This document shows positions 32,519-44,226 of a DNA stretch of 64,000 nucleotides, in pieces. Numbering within the stretch: position 1 is the stretch's first letter; each line of letters opens with the position of its first letter. This DNA comes from Auanema rhodensis (lineage: Eukaryota; Animalia; Nematoda): NCBI GenBank assembly GCA_964057225.1, contig OZ059894.1:11098001-11162000 (forward strand), written 5' to 3'. The notes beneath the pieces are model-generated. The model did not search any database. It was not told the DNA's origin and worked only from the letters and a program-made list of their open reading frames with translations. The position numbers and the translations under genes were made by a program.

Positions 32519-35500
32519 ATGTCCTCCGCTCAAAGATATATTTTCCAAATGGGGAGAGAATTAGAATTTTTGAATAAACTGAATTCTAAAGTTGAAAACT
32601 ATAAGAAAATGACCGATTACTCAGAATTGTCTGAGCCGGTAAATCAAATTATTGCGCAAGAGAATGAATGTGCAAGAGTTAAAAATTACTTGAATATTTT
32701 GGAGAATAAACTCCAATCAATTGAAACCATTGAAATTAATTTTCAAAGAGTTTGTGAGCTTTTAGAAGAAGAGCACCAAAAAGAATTAAACAAAAAATTT
32801 ACAAAATTCGAAGAAGGTGAAAAAGGAGACATCCGTGGCAATGCCACGTTAATAATTCTGGAATTGAATGACAAATTGATATTCTTAAAAAATCTTATTG
32901 ATAAAAATAAAGAAAAAATCAAAGATATGGAAATACAACTTGAATTACAACAACTTCGGGAAAGAGTTGAATATACAGAAGAAAAAGAATATGAAAATTG
33001 TACAAACGAGGTACAAGAAAAACAAAACAGTTTACCCGATCAGGTAGTGCATGATCAGCATGTTAATGAAGTAAGACTGATTAACCAAATACTGCAAAGA
33101 CCCGTATTAAAAACTCCAACCTTTGACGGTACTCCGGAAAAATTCCCTTTATTCTGGGATAGATTCATGAGAATGATTGATAACAATGAATCTTTCTCTA
33201 TAAGTGAAAAAGTGAACTTCCTATGTGAGTCCTTATCAGGTGAAGCCGAATATCTTCTTAGGGGAATTCCCGGTACCGAAGAAAACTATGAGTTTATGAA
33301 AAATTGTTTGAAGGAAGAATATTCCTCATACGCTGTTGATACAGCAACGCTGATCAACAAGTTGAATAAGGTGCCAAAAGCTTCAAGACGAGCCGATAGT
33401 TGTGCTCAAACGCTAAGAGAGATAAAAGCTCTGCTGCGACAGATTCAAGCGGCGGGAGGATCATTAACCAAAGAGCTTTATGTTGCTACCGTACTCAATA
33501 AATTCCCATTTGAAATAATCAAAGATATTCACATCAAACAAAATTTTGAATGGTCCCACGAGAAAATCATTGAACATATTTCGGCGGAAGTAAAACTACT
33601 ACAGATGACTGAAAACACTGAAACACTGTATCTCAGTAACAATGAAAAAAGAAAAAATCCAGATGGTGATCAAACTAAAAAACAATTTCGATTGAATGAA
33701 GTTAAAGATTTGAAACAAAGAAGGAATTGCGTTTTTTGCGCGAACAATTCACACAATAGCCATATGTGTCCTGTTGAAACAACGGAAAAAAGGAAAATTT
33801 TAAGAGAAAAAAGGCTATGTTATGTATGCTTTGCAGACAATCATCAAAGCAAAAACTGCACATGGCCAAAGTTTAAATGCAACAGCTGTCATGATGATCA
33901 CAACATTTCAGTTTGTTACCAAAATAAAAGAAATCAGAATAGAAATGGAGTCATCACCAACATTTCTTTACAAAGGGATAATGATGAAGAAAAGACCAGA
34001 AATAATCAAACAATTATTCCAAAGAAAGCACATGAAGAACCCACAAGTTTAACCACAATTGTTGGTAATCATGACGTAGAAAAAGGCCAAATAATTTTAC
34101 GAACAGCAAAAGCAAATTTGTTCAATTACAATAGCGATAGTTATGAGAAAGTTAACATTATTTTTGATGATTGTTCTCAACGATCTTTTATCAGAGAAGA
34201 TCTAGCAAAAAGGATGAAACTACCAGTTAAATCCAAACATAAAAAAACATTTCATGGTATTGGAGGAATGAAACATTCTCATGTTTCAAGTATAGTTAAC
34301 ACAATATTCTATACTAAAGAGAAAAATTTAATTGTAACTGAAATGCTCACTAAACCAAAAATCAGTTCCCACATATATAGTCCTTATCTTTCAAGAAAGG
34401 ATTTGAGTTTCATTAAAGAAAACAATATTATATTAGCCAACACCGATACAAATGGGGAAGTTTTTGAACCGGATGTTTTAATTGGACAAGATAGATTAAA
34501 ATTGTTTGTAAAAGACAATGAAGAATTCAGACTTCCCTCTGATCTTTTATGTAAAGGATCTGTATTTGGAACTCTTATAAATGGAGAAACTAAACTTGAA
34601 AAAATTGTAACTCTGTGTAGCATTGAAGAGGAACAAAGTCATGAACCACCTCCAGAAACAAAACTGAAAGAACTTTTCCTTATCGATACTATTGGAATAA
34701 GCACCATAGTAGATAACAATGCAGAAGCAGAGAATTATCTTAAAGAATATAGTAAAGAACTATCCATTAAAGCCGGGAGAATTGAAGCTCCGTTTCCATT
34801 TAAAAATTATTTGAATAAATTGAAAAATAATAAATGGCCAGCTTTTCATAGATTCATGACATTATGGAAAAATCTACACTCTAATAAAGAACAACTAGAA
34901 TGGTATAAAAAATTAATAAATGAATACATTCAAAAGGGAATTATCGAGCCAATTGTTGATGAATCAGCCGAAGATGGATTTTTCTTACCACATCATGGAG
35001 TGTGGAGAAAAGAAAAAGCTCGACCTTTAAGAATCGTGTTTGATGCTTCAGCAAAACAAAAAAATAGTCCATCGTTGAACCAAGTTATGCATTCAGGCCA
35101 AACATTTATTCACAAAATTCATGATATATTAATAAAATGTAGAAAAAGTCCAATAATAATAACCTGCGACATTGAGTCAGCATTTTTACAAATAAGTATT
35201 AAAGAAGAGCACAGAAAATATTGTAAATTTTTCTGGATTAGAAACGAAAATGAATCGGTAAATAAATATAACGTCATGACATACCAATTCAAACGGCTAC
35301 CATTTGGTATAACAGCGTCCCCGGGTATATTAAGCATGAGCTTAGCTTGGTACCTCAATAATCATACCGACCCTTACGCTAGTCACTTGCTCGATTCTTT
35401 ATACGTTGACAATATAATTTTATATGCAAACAGTGTTGAAGAAGCTAAGATAAAATGCGAAAAAGCCAAGAAAATCTTACAAGGCATTTCTATGAATTTA

Positions 35501-38500
35501 AGAGAATTTATGAGCAACAATCCAAAAGTTACTGAAGATATGAACAATGAAGACAAATACCCACATAATACTACCAAAATTTTGGGTTTAAATTATGATA
35601 CAAAATTAGATTTATTCGTTCTTATACTTAAATTAAAGAAATTTGAAATCAATACGCACAGGAACATGTTAAGTCAAATACATTCAATATTTGATCCATT
35701 AGGTATGGCAAGCCCATTGATTTTACCATTAAAATTATTATTAAGAGAATCAAGTGATCAATTCAAGGGTTGGGATGTTGAATTACCCCAAGAAATAACA
35801 CATAAATGGAATTTAGTCATAAATGAATTATTAAATGAAAAGGAATTGAGACTTGAAAGAAAGTTAAACCTGAATGACTCTATATTATGGGTATTTACTG
35901 ATGCTAGTAAACTAGCCATTGCTGCCTGCACATACATTGAAACCAATGGTAAAATAAGCCAACTTGTAAGCGGAAAGTCGAAAATTGCAAAAAAGGGAAA
36001 TCTAACTATCCCAAGACTAGAACTCATTGCCATACTATTAGGTATTATATTAGCTGATAATATCACATCTACAACCAATCACCTTAAAACTGTACACGTA
36101 GCCAGTGACAGTAAGGTAGCCTTACATTGGATAGCTAACCATCAGAAAACTTTACCACCATATGTAGGCTGTCGCGTCGACAATGTAAGGAAGTATATAG
36201 ATAAATTGAAGGAAAATAACATTAAAATCAAACTTTTTCATGTGAATGGTGATTATAACCCAGCCGATATTGGTTCTCGAGGAGCTTGTCTCCAAGAACT
36301 AAGTGATTCTATGTGGATTAAAGGACCACAATGGTTAACCCAAACAAAGTCACACATTGAAGAAATTGAATATGAGCCTATTTGGAATATAACAACCTTG
36401 ATCGATACCGTTGAACAACAACAAATAACACAAATACCAGTTGAAGATATATTCAAATTACGTAGCAACAACTATACCTTACTGAAAACTATAGTTAAAT
36501 TAAGTAAATTCTTGAGACATTGGATCATAAAAGTACATCCCACAGCTATAACAAGGTTAAATAAGGTAATGCAATTAGATGAAAACTGGCAAACTACAGC
36601 TAATGATATTGAGATTATAACCAAACTACTAATAAGTAAAGCACAACAGCATGTAACAATAGATCTCCTCACGAAAAAACATGAAGGTTTTGTATTTTTT
36701 CTCGATGAAGAAATAATCAGAGTTCGTAGTAGATTGAACAACTCGGAATTACCGTTTGAAACTCAAAATCCCATATATCTTCCAAGGGATTCTCCGTACA
36801 CAGAACACATAATTATGCATTTACACAGAGAATGCATGCACCAAGGAAGAGATTTTGTTCTAACACTCTTGCGTCAAAAATACTTTTTAAGTAAACCATC
36901 AAGCATAGTCAGATCAGTTCTCAAAACATGCACAATCTGCAATAGATACAACGCTTTGCCGTTTGGAACGTCCTTAATGCCAGCATTGCCTAAGGATAGA
37001 GTAATTCTAACAAAACCATTCATGAGTACAGGTTGTGACTTATTAGGTCCAATAACCATAAAGGATGGTAAAAAGATATTTATATGTCTGTTTACTTGTT
37101 TAGCTATAAGAGCTATACACTTAGAAATAGTTTTTGACCAATCAACAAAGGCATTCTTAAACGCTTTCGAAAGGTTCATTGGAAGAAGAGGTATTCCAGA
37201 AATAATACGAAGCGATAATGGAGGAAATTTCTTATTAAGTGCTAAAGTAATAGAATTTTACACAGAAAACCATGAATCTAAAAATGAAAAAACATTAACC
37301 AATTATCTTGCCGAAAAGAATATTAAATGGTACTTCAACACACCACAGGCTCCATGGAAAGGTGGAACATGGGAAAGACTAGTAGGACTAACAAAGTTAG
37401 CACTATACAAAACAATTGGAAATAGATTAATGTCAATTGATGATATACATACAGTAATTGTAAAAATCGAAACAATTTTGAATACTCGCCCGCTTACACA
37501 TCCGAACCCATCCAACCTGAACATTTTGCCTATCAGACCTTGTGATTTTTTAAACCGTTCCATCAGGTTTACACTTTCTTCAAACGTATCGAATACCCGA
37601 ATTTATGATAAAACTATCAATAGCAGGACAATACAAACTATAGAGCAAGCCATTGAAGCAATAGAGTTATCTAACGATGTAACTCAATTATTCTGGAAAA
37701 AATTCTATTCAGAGTATTTACTGTATCTTAGAGATATTTACAAACACAACAGAAAACAACCTGCAACGAACGCTAAGAAACCACAAGAAGGCGAAGTTAT
37801 TATAATACAAAATGAGGATTCAAGTAGAGGTAAATGGAAATTAGGACGCATAATAGAACTAATAAAAAGTGCAGATGGGGAAGTTAGATCTGCAAAACTA
37901 ATAACTGGCACTGGTCTCATAACAACTCGTTCATTAAATCACATATATCCACTAGAAGTGAGAAACGCAGAAGCAGCACCGTTTGCGTCAGAACCTCACT
38001 CAATGAGATACAATAAAAAATACCAAGTGAATCCATTTTTAATCACCGGGACGGTAACACAAAAAGGAAATCGGGTTGAAAATATTGAAATTATTGAAAA
38101 TACTCAAGAAAGTGAACAAAGTAACAATGTAATACCACTCGAAATCTATACACCCAACATGAATATCATCAACGACGCAGGAGACGAAAATGATGCTAAT
38201 AATACGAACTTAGAACAAGAGGAAGATCAAACAAATGAGATAACTCTTCAAACCGAAAATGAATCCAAACCTTCAAATCTAAATAGATGGTTCAGAACAA
38301 AAACACAGGGTAGTCAAGCAGCGGTAAGAAGTTATTTTAAGAAAAATAAAATAAAAACAAATGTTCCAAAAGTAGCTCTTCTTGGAATAATTCCAACGAT
38401 TGAGGCTACATGCCAATCCTCTGAATTGCTTACAGCGGAAGCATTATATTTCCCACAATGTAATCCATTAACGACTTTAATAACATTTTTCATACCAATT

Positions 38501-40351
38501 ATACTATTATTTACTATATTAGCAATTTGTAAAAGAGTATTGAAAGCTCATGAAAATGACCAATATTGGTATAAATTTTTAAATGATAATTGGCAAACGA
38601 TACAAACCGAAGTTAGAAGTGGAAAACCTAATTCAAAAATATTAACAAGTTCAGACGATGTAGCCGTACAAAAGGAAACCATAGTAGCCACGAAAATTGA
38701 CAATGTAACTCCAAAATGGAAAAATGATATTCCAGAAACTATTAAAATTCCAAATTACATGAGAACATCATCATTCACTTCATTACAATTATCGATAGCA
38801 CTCATGGTATTATTAATAACAGTGGAATCTTGTTCAAACTCACATATTAAGCATTCAATAAATATAATTTGCATTAATCGGACAAATTGCTATCAAGAAT
38901 ACGATAATGAAATCAATTTCAATAAAGGCATAAGAGACGCTTGCTTAGAATTCATTTACCAAAATAAATCTATCGGTAAAATAGAAATAACGAAAAAACC
39001 AACAGAATACATTTGCCAGAAAAGTACGCTATATTATACTCGAGAAAGCACAATTCAATACAAAACTCAATATTCCTGTTATGGAACAGGATCTTGTAAT
39101 CACACTTGTGAAGCTATAAATCCTATTGGACAATTACAAGAATTTGATAAAGAAGAAGGACCAACACAAGTTGGTTGTGCTAGGCGATGTGGCTCTCTTT
39201 TCTGCGGATGTTGGTCTTTAGAAGACGGTTGCTCATTCTATCAAACTGAATTTAAACCAATCAATGAAATAGTTTATGAAATAGTAGAATGTGATTCTTG
39301 GGAAATAAATATACCATTAGAGGTAAAGTATGATCTATTTAAACACAAAGCCAATATTAATATTCTTTTAAAACCATACGACACTGTTAATTTTCCAAAC
39401 TTTAATATAAGCTCAATCTCCCATATTGTACCACCAACCCGATATTTAAACACCAAATATGCATTATCAACCATAAAAAGTTATTACATGGAACCTCATA
39501 CTATGAGTGAAGTAGCATGCAAAACCAAAGATCAAACTACAAATGAATTTAACTCTTGTAAAATACTGAAGTTATGTAACTGTAAAATATCAAAAAGGGA
39601 AGAGCTAACATGTACCTGTCCATCTGATAATATTTTCAATCAGGCAAACTTATTACCCATGAACACCAAGAACACCCTAATTACCATGAAAGAAAACAAA
39701 TTAACACTTATTCCTCAAACTGATGAATCAACTGTTGTTCTTCAACTACAAGGGAATGTGTCATCTCGTACCTTCCTGTACGACTTTCCTTGTCGACCAG
39801 AATTTAAAAAACTTTCCGGGTGTCACAGCTGTAGAAGAACGGCTGTTGCCGAGTTTATGTGTATATCACAAAAGGATTCTTGGATCACAATGCAATGTAG
39901 TGAGAACATATACATGATTGAATGCGCCCCACACATGCCACTTACTGCTGTGGAATATTACTCAGAGCATTCTGAAATCTATGAAGAATGCTTCGTAACA
40001 TGTGCTAATGAAAAACACCACGTGATCATACAAGGAACATTACAATGGGATAGTGAAATCCCAGATGTTGAAAAAACAATCATCAACATTGTGACAAATG
40101 CTAACACCTGGAGAAATATTTTGGATGTAATTAAAACAAATTTGGCATTATCATTATGCTTCCTCCTGATAACTGTTTTTATACCAGTATTATCTTATAT
40201 AATAGGAGTACAAGCAATAATTGTAATCATCATAATCATACAAAAATTAATCGTTCAGATGATAAAAATTGTAATGATCATTACATCATTACTGAGAAAA
40301 ATGCTCAGGAATCCTAGACACAGAGCTGAGTCTAGCACAAATAAAAATTAA
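32519..40351 (+). CDS. BEL/Pao Gag-PR-RT-RNaseH-IN-Env polyprotein (phlebovirus Gc-like class II env); first ATG at 32519
   Basis: PTFDG Gag; three Cys-His knuckles; FDDCSQRSF protease; LRIVFDAS, RLPFG, YVDN RT; FTDAS and TIPRLEL RNase H; H-H-CTIC, SDNG and WERLVG integrase; Cys-rich Gc-like region with C-terminal TM. Confidence 0.95.
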   Translation: MSSAQRYIFQMGRELEFLNKLNSKVENYKKMTDYSELSEPVNQIIAQENECARVKNYLNILENKLQSIETIEINFQRVCELLEEEHQKELNKKFTKFEEGEKGDIRGNATLIILELNDKLIFLKNLIDKNKEKIKDMEIQLELQQLRERVEYTEEKEYENCTNEVQEKQNSLPDQVVHDQHVNEVRLINQILQRPVLKTPTFDGTPEKFPLFWDRFMRMIDNNESFSISEKVNFLCESLSGEAEYLLRGIPGTEENYEFMKNCLKEEYSSYAVDTATLINKLNKVPKASRRADSCAQTLREIKALLRQIQAAGGSLTKELYVATVLNKFPFEIIKDIHIKQNFEWSHEKIIEHISAEVKLLQMTENTETLYLSNNEKRKNPDGDQTKKQFRLNEVKDLKQRRNCVFCANNSHNSHMCPVETTEKRKILREKRLCYVCFADNHQSKNCTWPKFKCNSCHDDHNISVCYQNKRNQNRNGVITNISLQRDNDEEKTRNNQTIIPKKAHEEPTSLTTIVGNHDVEKGQIILRTAKANLFNYNSDSYEKVNIIFDDCSQRSFIREDLAKRMKLPVKSKHKKTFHGIGGMKHSHVSSIVNTIFYTKEKNLIVTEMLTKPKISSHIYSPYLSRKDLSFIKENNIILANTDTNGEVFEPDVLIGQDRLKLFVKDNEEFRLPSDLLCKGSVFGTLINGETKLEKIVTLCSIEEEQSHEPPPETKLKELFLIDTIGISTIVDNNAEAENYLKEYSKELSIKAGRIEAPFPFKNYLNKLKNNKWPAFHRFMTLWKNLHSNKEQLEWYKKLINEYIQKGIIEPIVDESAEDGFFLPHHGVWRKEKARPLRIVFDASAKQKNSPSLNQVMHSGQTFIHKIHDILIKCRKSPIIITCDIESAFLQISIKEEHRKYCKFFWIRNENESVNKYNVMTYQFKRLPFGITASPGILSMSLAWYLNNHTDPYASHLLDSLYVDNIILYANSVEEAKIKCEKAKKILQGISMNLREFMSNNPKVTEDMNNEDKYPHNTTKILGLNYDTKLDLFVLILKLKKFEINTHRNMLSQIHSIFDPLGMASPLILPLKLLLRESSDQFKGWDVELPQEITHKWNLVINELLNEKELRLERKLNLNDSILWVFTDASKLAIAACTYIETNGKISQLVSGKSKIAKKGNLTIPRLELIAILLGIILADNITSTTNHLKTVHVASDSKVALHWIANHQKTLPPYVGCRVDNVRKYIDKLKENNIKIKLFHVNGDYNPADIGSRGACLQELSDSMWIKGPQWLTQTKSHIEEIEYEPIWNITTLIDTVEQQQITQIPVEDIFKLRSNNYTLLKTIVKLSKFLRHWIIKVHPTAITRLNKVMQLDENWQTTANDIEIITKLLISKAQQHVTIDLLTKKHEGFVFFLDEEIIRVRSRLNNSELPFETQNPIYLPRDSPYTEHIIMHLHRECMHQGRDFVLTLLRQKYFLSKPSSIVRSVLKTCTICNRYNALPFGTSLMPALPKDRVILTKPFMSTGCDLLGPITIKDGKKIFICLFTCLAIRAIHLEIVFDQSTKAFLNAFERFIGRRGIPEIIRSDNGGNFLLSAKVIEFYTENHESKNEKTLTNYLAEKNIKWYFNTPQAPWKGGTWERLVGLTKLALYKTIGNRLMSIDDIHTVIVKIETILNTRPLTHPNPSNLNILPIRPCDFLNRSIRFTLSSNVSNTRIYDKTINSRTIQTIEQAIEAIELSNDVTQLFWKKFYSEYLLYLRDIYKHNRKQPATNAKKPQEGEVIIIQNEDSSRGKWKLGRIIELIKSADGEVRSAKLITGTGLITTRSLNHIYPLEVRNAEAAPFASEPHSMRYNKKYQVNPFLITGTVTQKGNRVENIEIIENTQESEQSNNVIPLEIYTPNMNIINDAGDENDANNTNLEQEEDQTNEITLQTENESKPSNLNRWFRTKTQGSQAAVRSYFKKNKIKTNVPKVALLGIIPTIEATCQSSELLTAEALYFPQCNPLTTLITFFIPIILLFTILAICKRVLKAHENDQYWYKFLNDNWQTIQTEVRSGKPNSKILTSSDDVAVQKETIVATKIDNVTPKWKNDIPETIKIPNYMRTSSFTSLQLSIALMVLLITVESCSNSHIKHSINIICINRTNCYQEYDNEINFNKGIRDACLEFIYQNKSIGKIEITKKPTEYICQKSTLYYTRESTIQYKTQYSCYGTGSCNHTCEAINPIGQLQEFDKEEGPTQVGCARRCGSLFCGCWSLEDGCSFYQTEFKPINEIVYEIVECDSWEINIPLEVKYDLFKHKANINILLKPYDTVNFPNFNISSISHIVPPTRYLNTKYALSTIKSYYMEPHTMSEVACKTKDQTTNEFNSCKILKLCNCKISKREELTCTCPSDNIFNQANLLPMNTKNTLITMKENKLTLIPQTDESTVVLQLQGNVSSRTFLYDFPCRPEFKKLSGCHSCRRTAVAEFMCISQKDSWITMQCSENIYMIECAPHMPLTAVEYYSEHSEIYEECFVTCANEKHHVIIQGTLQWDSEIPDVEKTIINIVTNANTWRNILDVIKTNLALSLCFLLITVFIPVLSYIIGVQAIIVIIIIIQKLIVQMIKIVMIITSLLRKMLRNPRHRAESSTNKN

Positions 40352-40456
40352 AACACTAATCTTACTGTAGTAATAAAAAAAAAAAAAAAACTTTATTAAT
40401 TAGCTATAAGAACAGTTTAAAAAAAAAAAAAAAAAAAAAAAAACAAAACAAAAACA

Positions 40457-40888
40457 CTATATACTTGAAATATCTGGATACCCCTCACCATCATCGTCTG
40501 ACATCTACAACAATACTTACATTAACAGTTAAAATATATAAGCTTACCTCCTCACGTTCGTGGTGGCGGGGGTTCTTTGCCCTGCAGAATCTGCAGTTGG
40601 GAGGCAACGGCATCCTCTGGAACATGTAGATGAGCTGCTCCCGAGTTGGCTCGACTCCATCCTCCGGGTAAAGCTCATCGTCTGTCATCTGCAACAATAC
40701 TGAGATAAAATAAAAAAAAAAAAAATAAATAAATAAATAAATAAATAAAATAAAATAAAAAATAATAAGCTTACCGGGCCCTCCCGTATGCGATGAGTAT
40801 CCTGCGCCTTGCATCGTTCGCATAGTTCATATGGACCGAGCTCTTCTTCTCCAATCTCCTCTTCAACCTGATACTGTAATTGTGACAT
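40457..40888 (-). CDS. Predicted antisense three-exon gene (40888-40775, 40688-40548, 40504-40457), 100 aa, acidic, two CxxC modules
   Basis: GC-richer exons bounded by GTAAGCTTAT donors and ATTGTTG(C/T)AG acceptors, phase-0 introns of 86 and 43 nt. Confidence 0.6.
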
Positions 40889-41359
40889 CTGCAACAATTA
40901 CAACTATAAAAATAAAAAATAAAAATAAAAAATTTTTCTGAATATAAAAAAAAAAAAAAAAAAACAATAGAAAATGTCAAGAGGGAAGTACAAAAACTTC
41001 ACGAATACAATAAAAAATTAAATTACTAATCACACGTAGTACAATAGTAAAAAATATAAACAAAGCAAAAATAGGTTATAAAATAATATAAACAAAAGAA
41101 AATCACTACATATAGAAACAAATGCAACAGTTATAAACAAACAAATCTTTTTATCAAGATCTTCAATCTTTGATAACATCAAGTTTATTTATCCGAATAA
41201 TATACATAAAAAGTAATCCTTTGTACAGGCTTTTTATACATTGTATCCGTAAACACATACTATTCTACAATAAACTAAGGGACGTTTATCATAGGTCAAC
41301 CCACAGATGCGAACAAATATATAAAGAGGGAAACCATTGTTTTTCTCAATTCAGTGCTA

Positions 41360-41821
41360 ATGGATGAAATAACGTCCAATTTAAGTGAGAACACTTCCTT
41401 TGAGGAAGATCTCAAAAATTATTCTCATCTACCCAACACCACTGCCAACCTAAGGCAGCTAATGGTTCTAGAGAAAAGGTTTTATGATAACCTCGCCAGC
41501 GCTGTCAACCACATTTCCGCGCGCCTGGACAACATCAACAACACACTGAATCTAAAGCTCGATAATTTAGCTGTTCAGACGGCTCCTAAAGCCTCCTGCA
41601 TATTCTGCAACAAGCCTACAGCTGATGGCCATCGTACAGCTGCTTGTCCGATTTACCCCTCGTCCCCAGAGCGTACCATACGCTTACACGAATTGGGACT
41701 ATGCATAAAATGTTTGAACCCAAAACATTCAGCAATGTGCGAAGTATCCTGCTATAAGTGCAAGGCCGATACTCACCATGGGGTGGTCTGTGGTGACGTC
41801 AAACGCAAAAGATATACATAA
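41360..41821 (+). CDS. Accessory ORF, 153 aa: coiled-coil-like N-terminus plus BEL-Gag-like triple Cys/His cluster
   Basis: CIFC..H...C, CIKC..H...C, CYKC..HH..C; ATG 5 nt after an acceptor-like ttttctcaattcag; ends just before the 3' LTR. Confidence 0.8.
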   Translation: MDEITSNLSENTSFEEDLKNYSHLPNTTANLRQLMVLEKRFYDNLASAVNHISARLDNINNTLNLKLDNLAVQTAPKASCIFCNKPTADGHRTAACPIYPSSPERTIRLHELGLCIKCLNPKHSAMCEVSCYKCKADTHHGVVCGDVKRKRYT

Positions 41822-41830
41822 TGCCGGGAA

Positions 41831-42160
41831 TGTCACGGTCAACGTGAAAATACGAACTTTATTGTGTTAACGTTTTGTTTGTATTTTTTGTATTAACTCC
41901 ACCCCCTTTAACCATCTGGTGCCTCCCTATAAAAGGGAGAACCAAATGGTTAAAATTTTTATGTCTCACCAATTTTGTATTGATTTTAGAATTTTCTTGG
42001 AAATTCTAAAATCAATCCACTTGTTAACTTTACTGTTGTTGCATTTGTTGAATAAACCTTTCTTCATTTAACTTGTCTTAACGCATAATACCGCACTCAT
42101 ACGAACCGACTCCATACTTGGACTGATACTTGGAGGTAAAAGTTCAGTTGTCAAGCGACA
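41831..42160 (+). repeat. 3' LTR
   Basis: Identical by eye to 31941-32270. Confidence 0.97.
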
Positions 42161-42228
42161 GGCCCAACGTTGCTTGACTTGCCAGATCGGACGGGATGGC
42201 GTACTTTCAACGTGGTATGGTCGTAAGC
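42161..42228 (-). pseudogene. 5S: 5S rRNA 5' part (nt 1-68), split by BEL element 1
   Basis: Starts gcgaca|ggcccaacg. Confidence 0.95.
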
Positions 42229-42370
42229 AATGTCATATTCTTCATTATCAGTTATATCACTCTAAATCTTGTTGTTAATAGATACGACCACAAAGAAAAC
42301 AACAGGAACAGTAACAATAACAAAAAAAATTTTTTTTTCACCTATGTGTCTAAAGGTTAGCCATGTATCC

Positions 42371-42418
<48 letters not shown>

Positions 42419-43598
42419 ACAGTAAAAAGTCCAATCAAGAGAGAAATTTTTTCAACACATAGTTGTTTTTTTTTTAAATATCATTGTTTTTCCTCATAAC
42501 TCGGTTTAAACTCGTTCTAACCCGTTGAAATACGTCTAGAAAGTCTTTATAACATGCATATGTATGATAGAACTTCATATTTATTGTAATAGAAAATTTT
42601 ATTTTCAGACGTCTTGGTTAACAATGATATGTTTTACCCCCTTATAATTTTTATCATAATGTTCCTTATACGGAACGCTCAATGAAACTTGCTTCCAGAA
42701 AAATTTCTTTCTATTTTTTCTTCATATGTACGTAGATACTATAGAGAACTATGATAGAAAACTTTAACATTCACGAAATCATCATTTCTCATTACGCTAC
42801 GGAGGTTTAAAAAGCTGTGTTTTACCTTATAATAGACCGGAAAACCCTTGTGTTAAAACTGGACCGTTTTTACACATATAAAAATGTCCCGTATTCGGGA
42901 CCCTAATGTAACTTTTGATTCCCTATATTTTTTTTCATGAAATTTACAATCTACTGTAGAAAGAAGAATTATTTTTATAAAAACTGTAAATTTTTGAAAA
43001 ATGAAAACAAAACGAAAACAAAAACAACTTTTTTTTGAACATTTTCTCACACAAGGGTCCCCCCTTACCTACTTTTTTTCTCATTACTCGTTTCAACCTC
43101 ATCCGATCACTCTGCAAACATGTTTAATCGTTCTAACTTGTTGAAATACGTCTTAAAAGTCTAAACAACATGCATATGCATAATAGAAACCACCCGAATA
43201 GGCCCCCACGCACTAAACGAGATATATACATTACCAGTATAGTAATAGAACACATATTGAAGATTAATTCGATAAGAACAATTTATTGACGTAGAGAATG
43301 TTTGTTCCGAAAAACTACAATATTAAACTATAAAAGTAACAAAAGCGTAGAGGCAGCAAAGACATGAATAAACATAAATGTAAATACAGAATTACCAGGT
43401 AGTACATAAGTATGACAAAAAATTATAAGAAAGCCATGAAAATAGAAGGTTTGTGAACAAATGAGAGGTACATCTTTGATCGTATAGTCATTTCTAAACC
43501 GTTCGTATGCTGCAGCATCGTCATAAGCGTCACTCAAGTTGAATTTCCATGTGTACTACACGATTTTCATTCTTATTGTTACATTCTTTCCCTGAGGG

Positions 43599-43784
43599 AA
43601 TGGGCCGTTCCCGCCAGCAGTGCAAGAGCGGGTCGACCCGTGAGGTGGAGCTAGCAAGCCAGCATCTACCTCAAGTCTCAAAAATCGGTTAACCTTATTG
43701 TGAACCAATGGAACACATATCGAAGGTTAATTCGATAAGAACGATTACTACACTTTGATCTTAGCCAAAAGGCCGAGAAGCGAT
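43599..43784 (-). ncRNA. U2: U2 snRNA
   Basis: Same sequence as 7600-7785. Confidence 0.95.
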
Positions 43785-44226
43785 ACAGCATAGCCATGAG
43801 TATCAAAGACATCAAGCAAATGTATCGTACTTGTTACGAGTGCACTCTCTCATTTGAATATAAAAGTGTGGTTTGACAATCTTGACTGTACAGGTCATAA
43901 ATGGCTCATATAAACTGTGGATTTACTCAACTTTTGGACTTATTTTTTTCTTATTCGAAGCGCTGCACTTTTTTCTATTCTTTTTATTCAAATACTTGTA
44001 TATAGTTTTATATGTACGGTTGCAAAGTTTCCGAATATTTTATATATTTTTATACAATAATTAGGAGAAGGTTAATACAATGAAATCTCCCAACTTTACA
44101 GTGTTTGTATTGCTTACAGTATCTAGAACAACCACTCTTGTAATATTAGAGCACATATCAATCAACAACTTTTTCTAGTTATCAAAGCTTTTTTATTTCT
44201 TCAAGATATTTCAAATAAAATATAAA

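Larger units (their letters stand above)
31941..42160 (+). mobile_element. Full-length BEL/Pao (Belpaoviridae) LTR retrotransposon with env, inserted in a 5S gene
   Basis: Two 330-bp TGT..ACA LTRs identical by eye, 5-bp TSD GGCCC (31936-31940 / 42161-42165), PBS, intact polyprotein. Confidence 0.97.

Noticed and set aside
34160-34195. BEL protease motif DDC instead of D(S/T)G as a sign of inactivation
   Set aside because: The catalytic Asp and SQRSFI context are kept and the LTRs are identical; cannot be called defective without homolog alignment.
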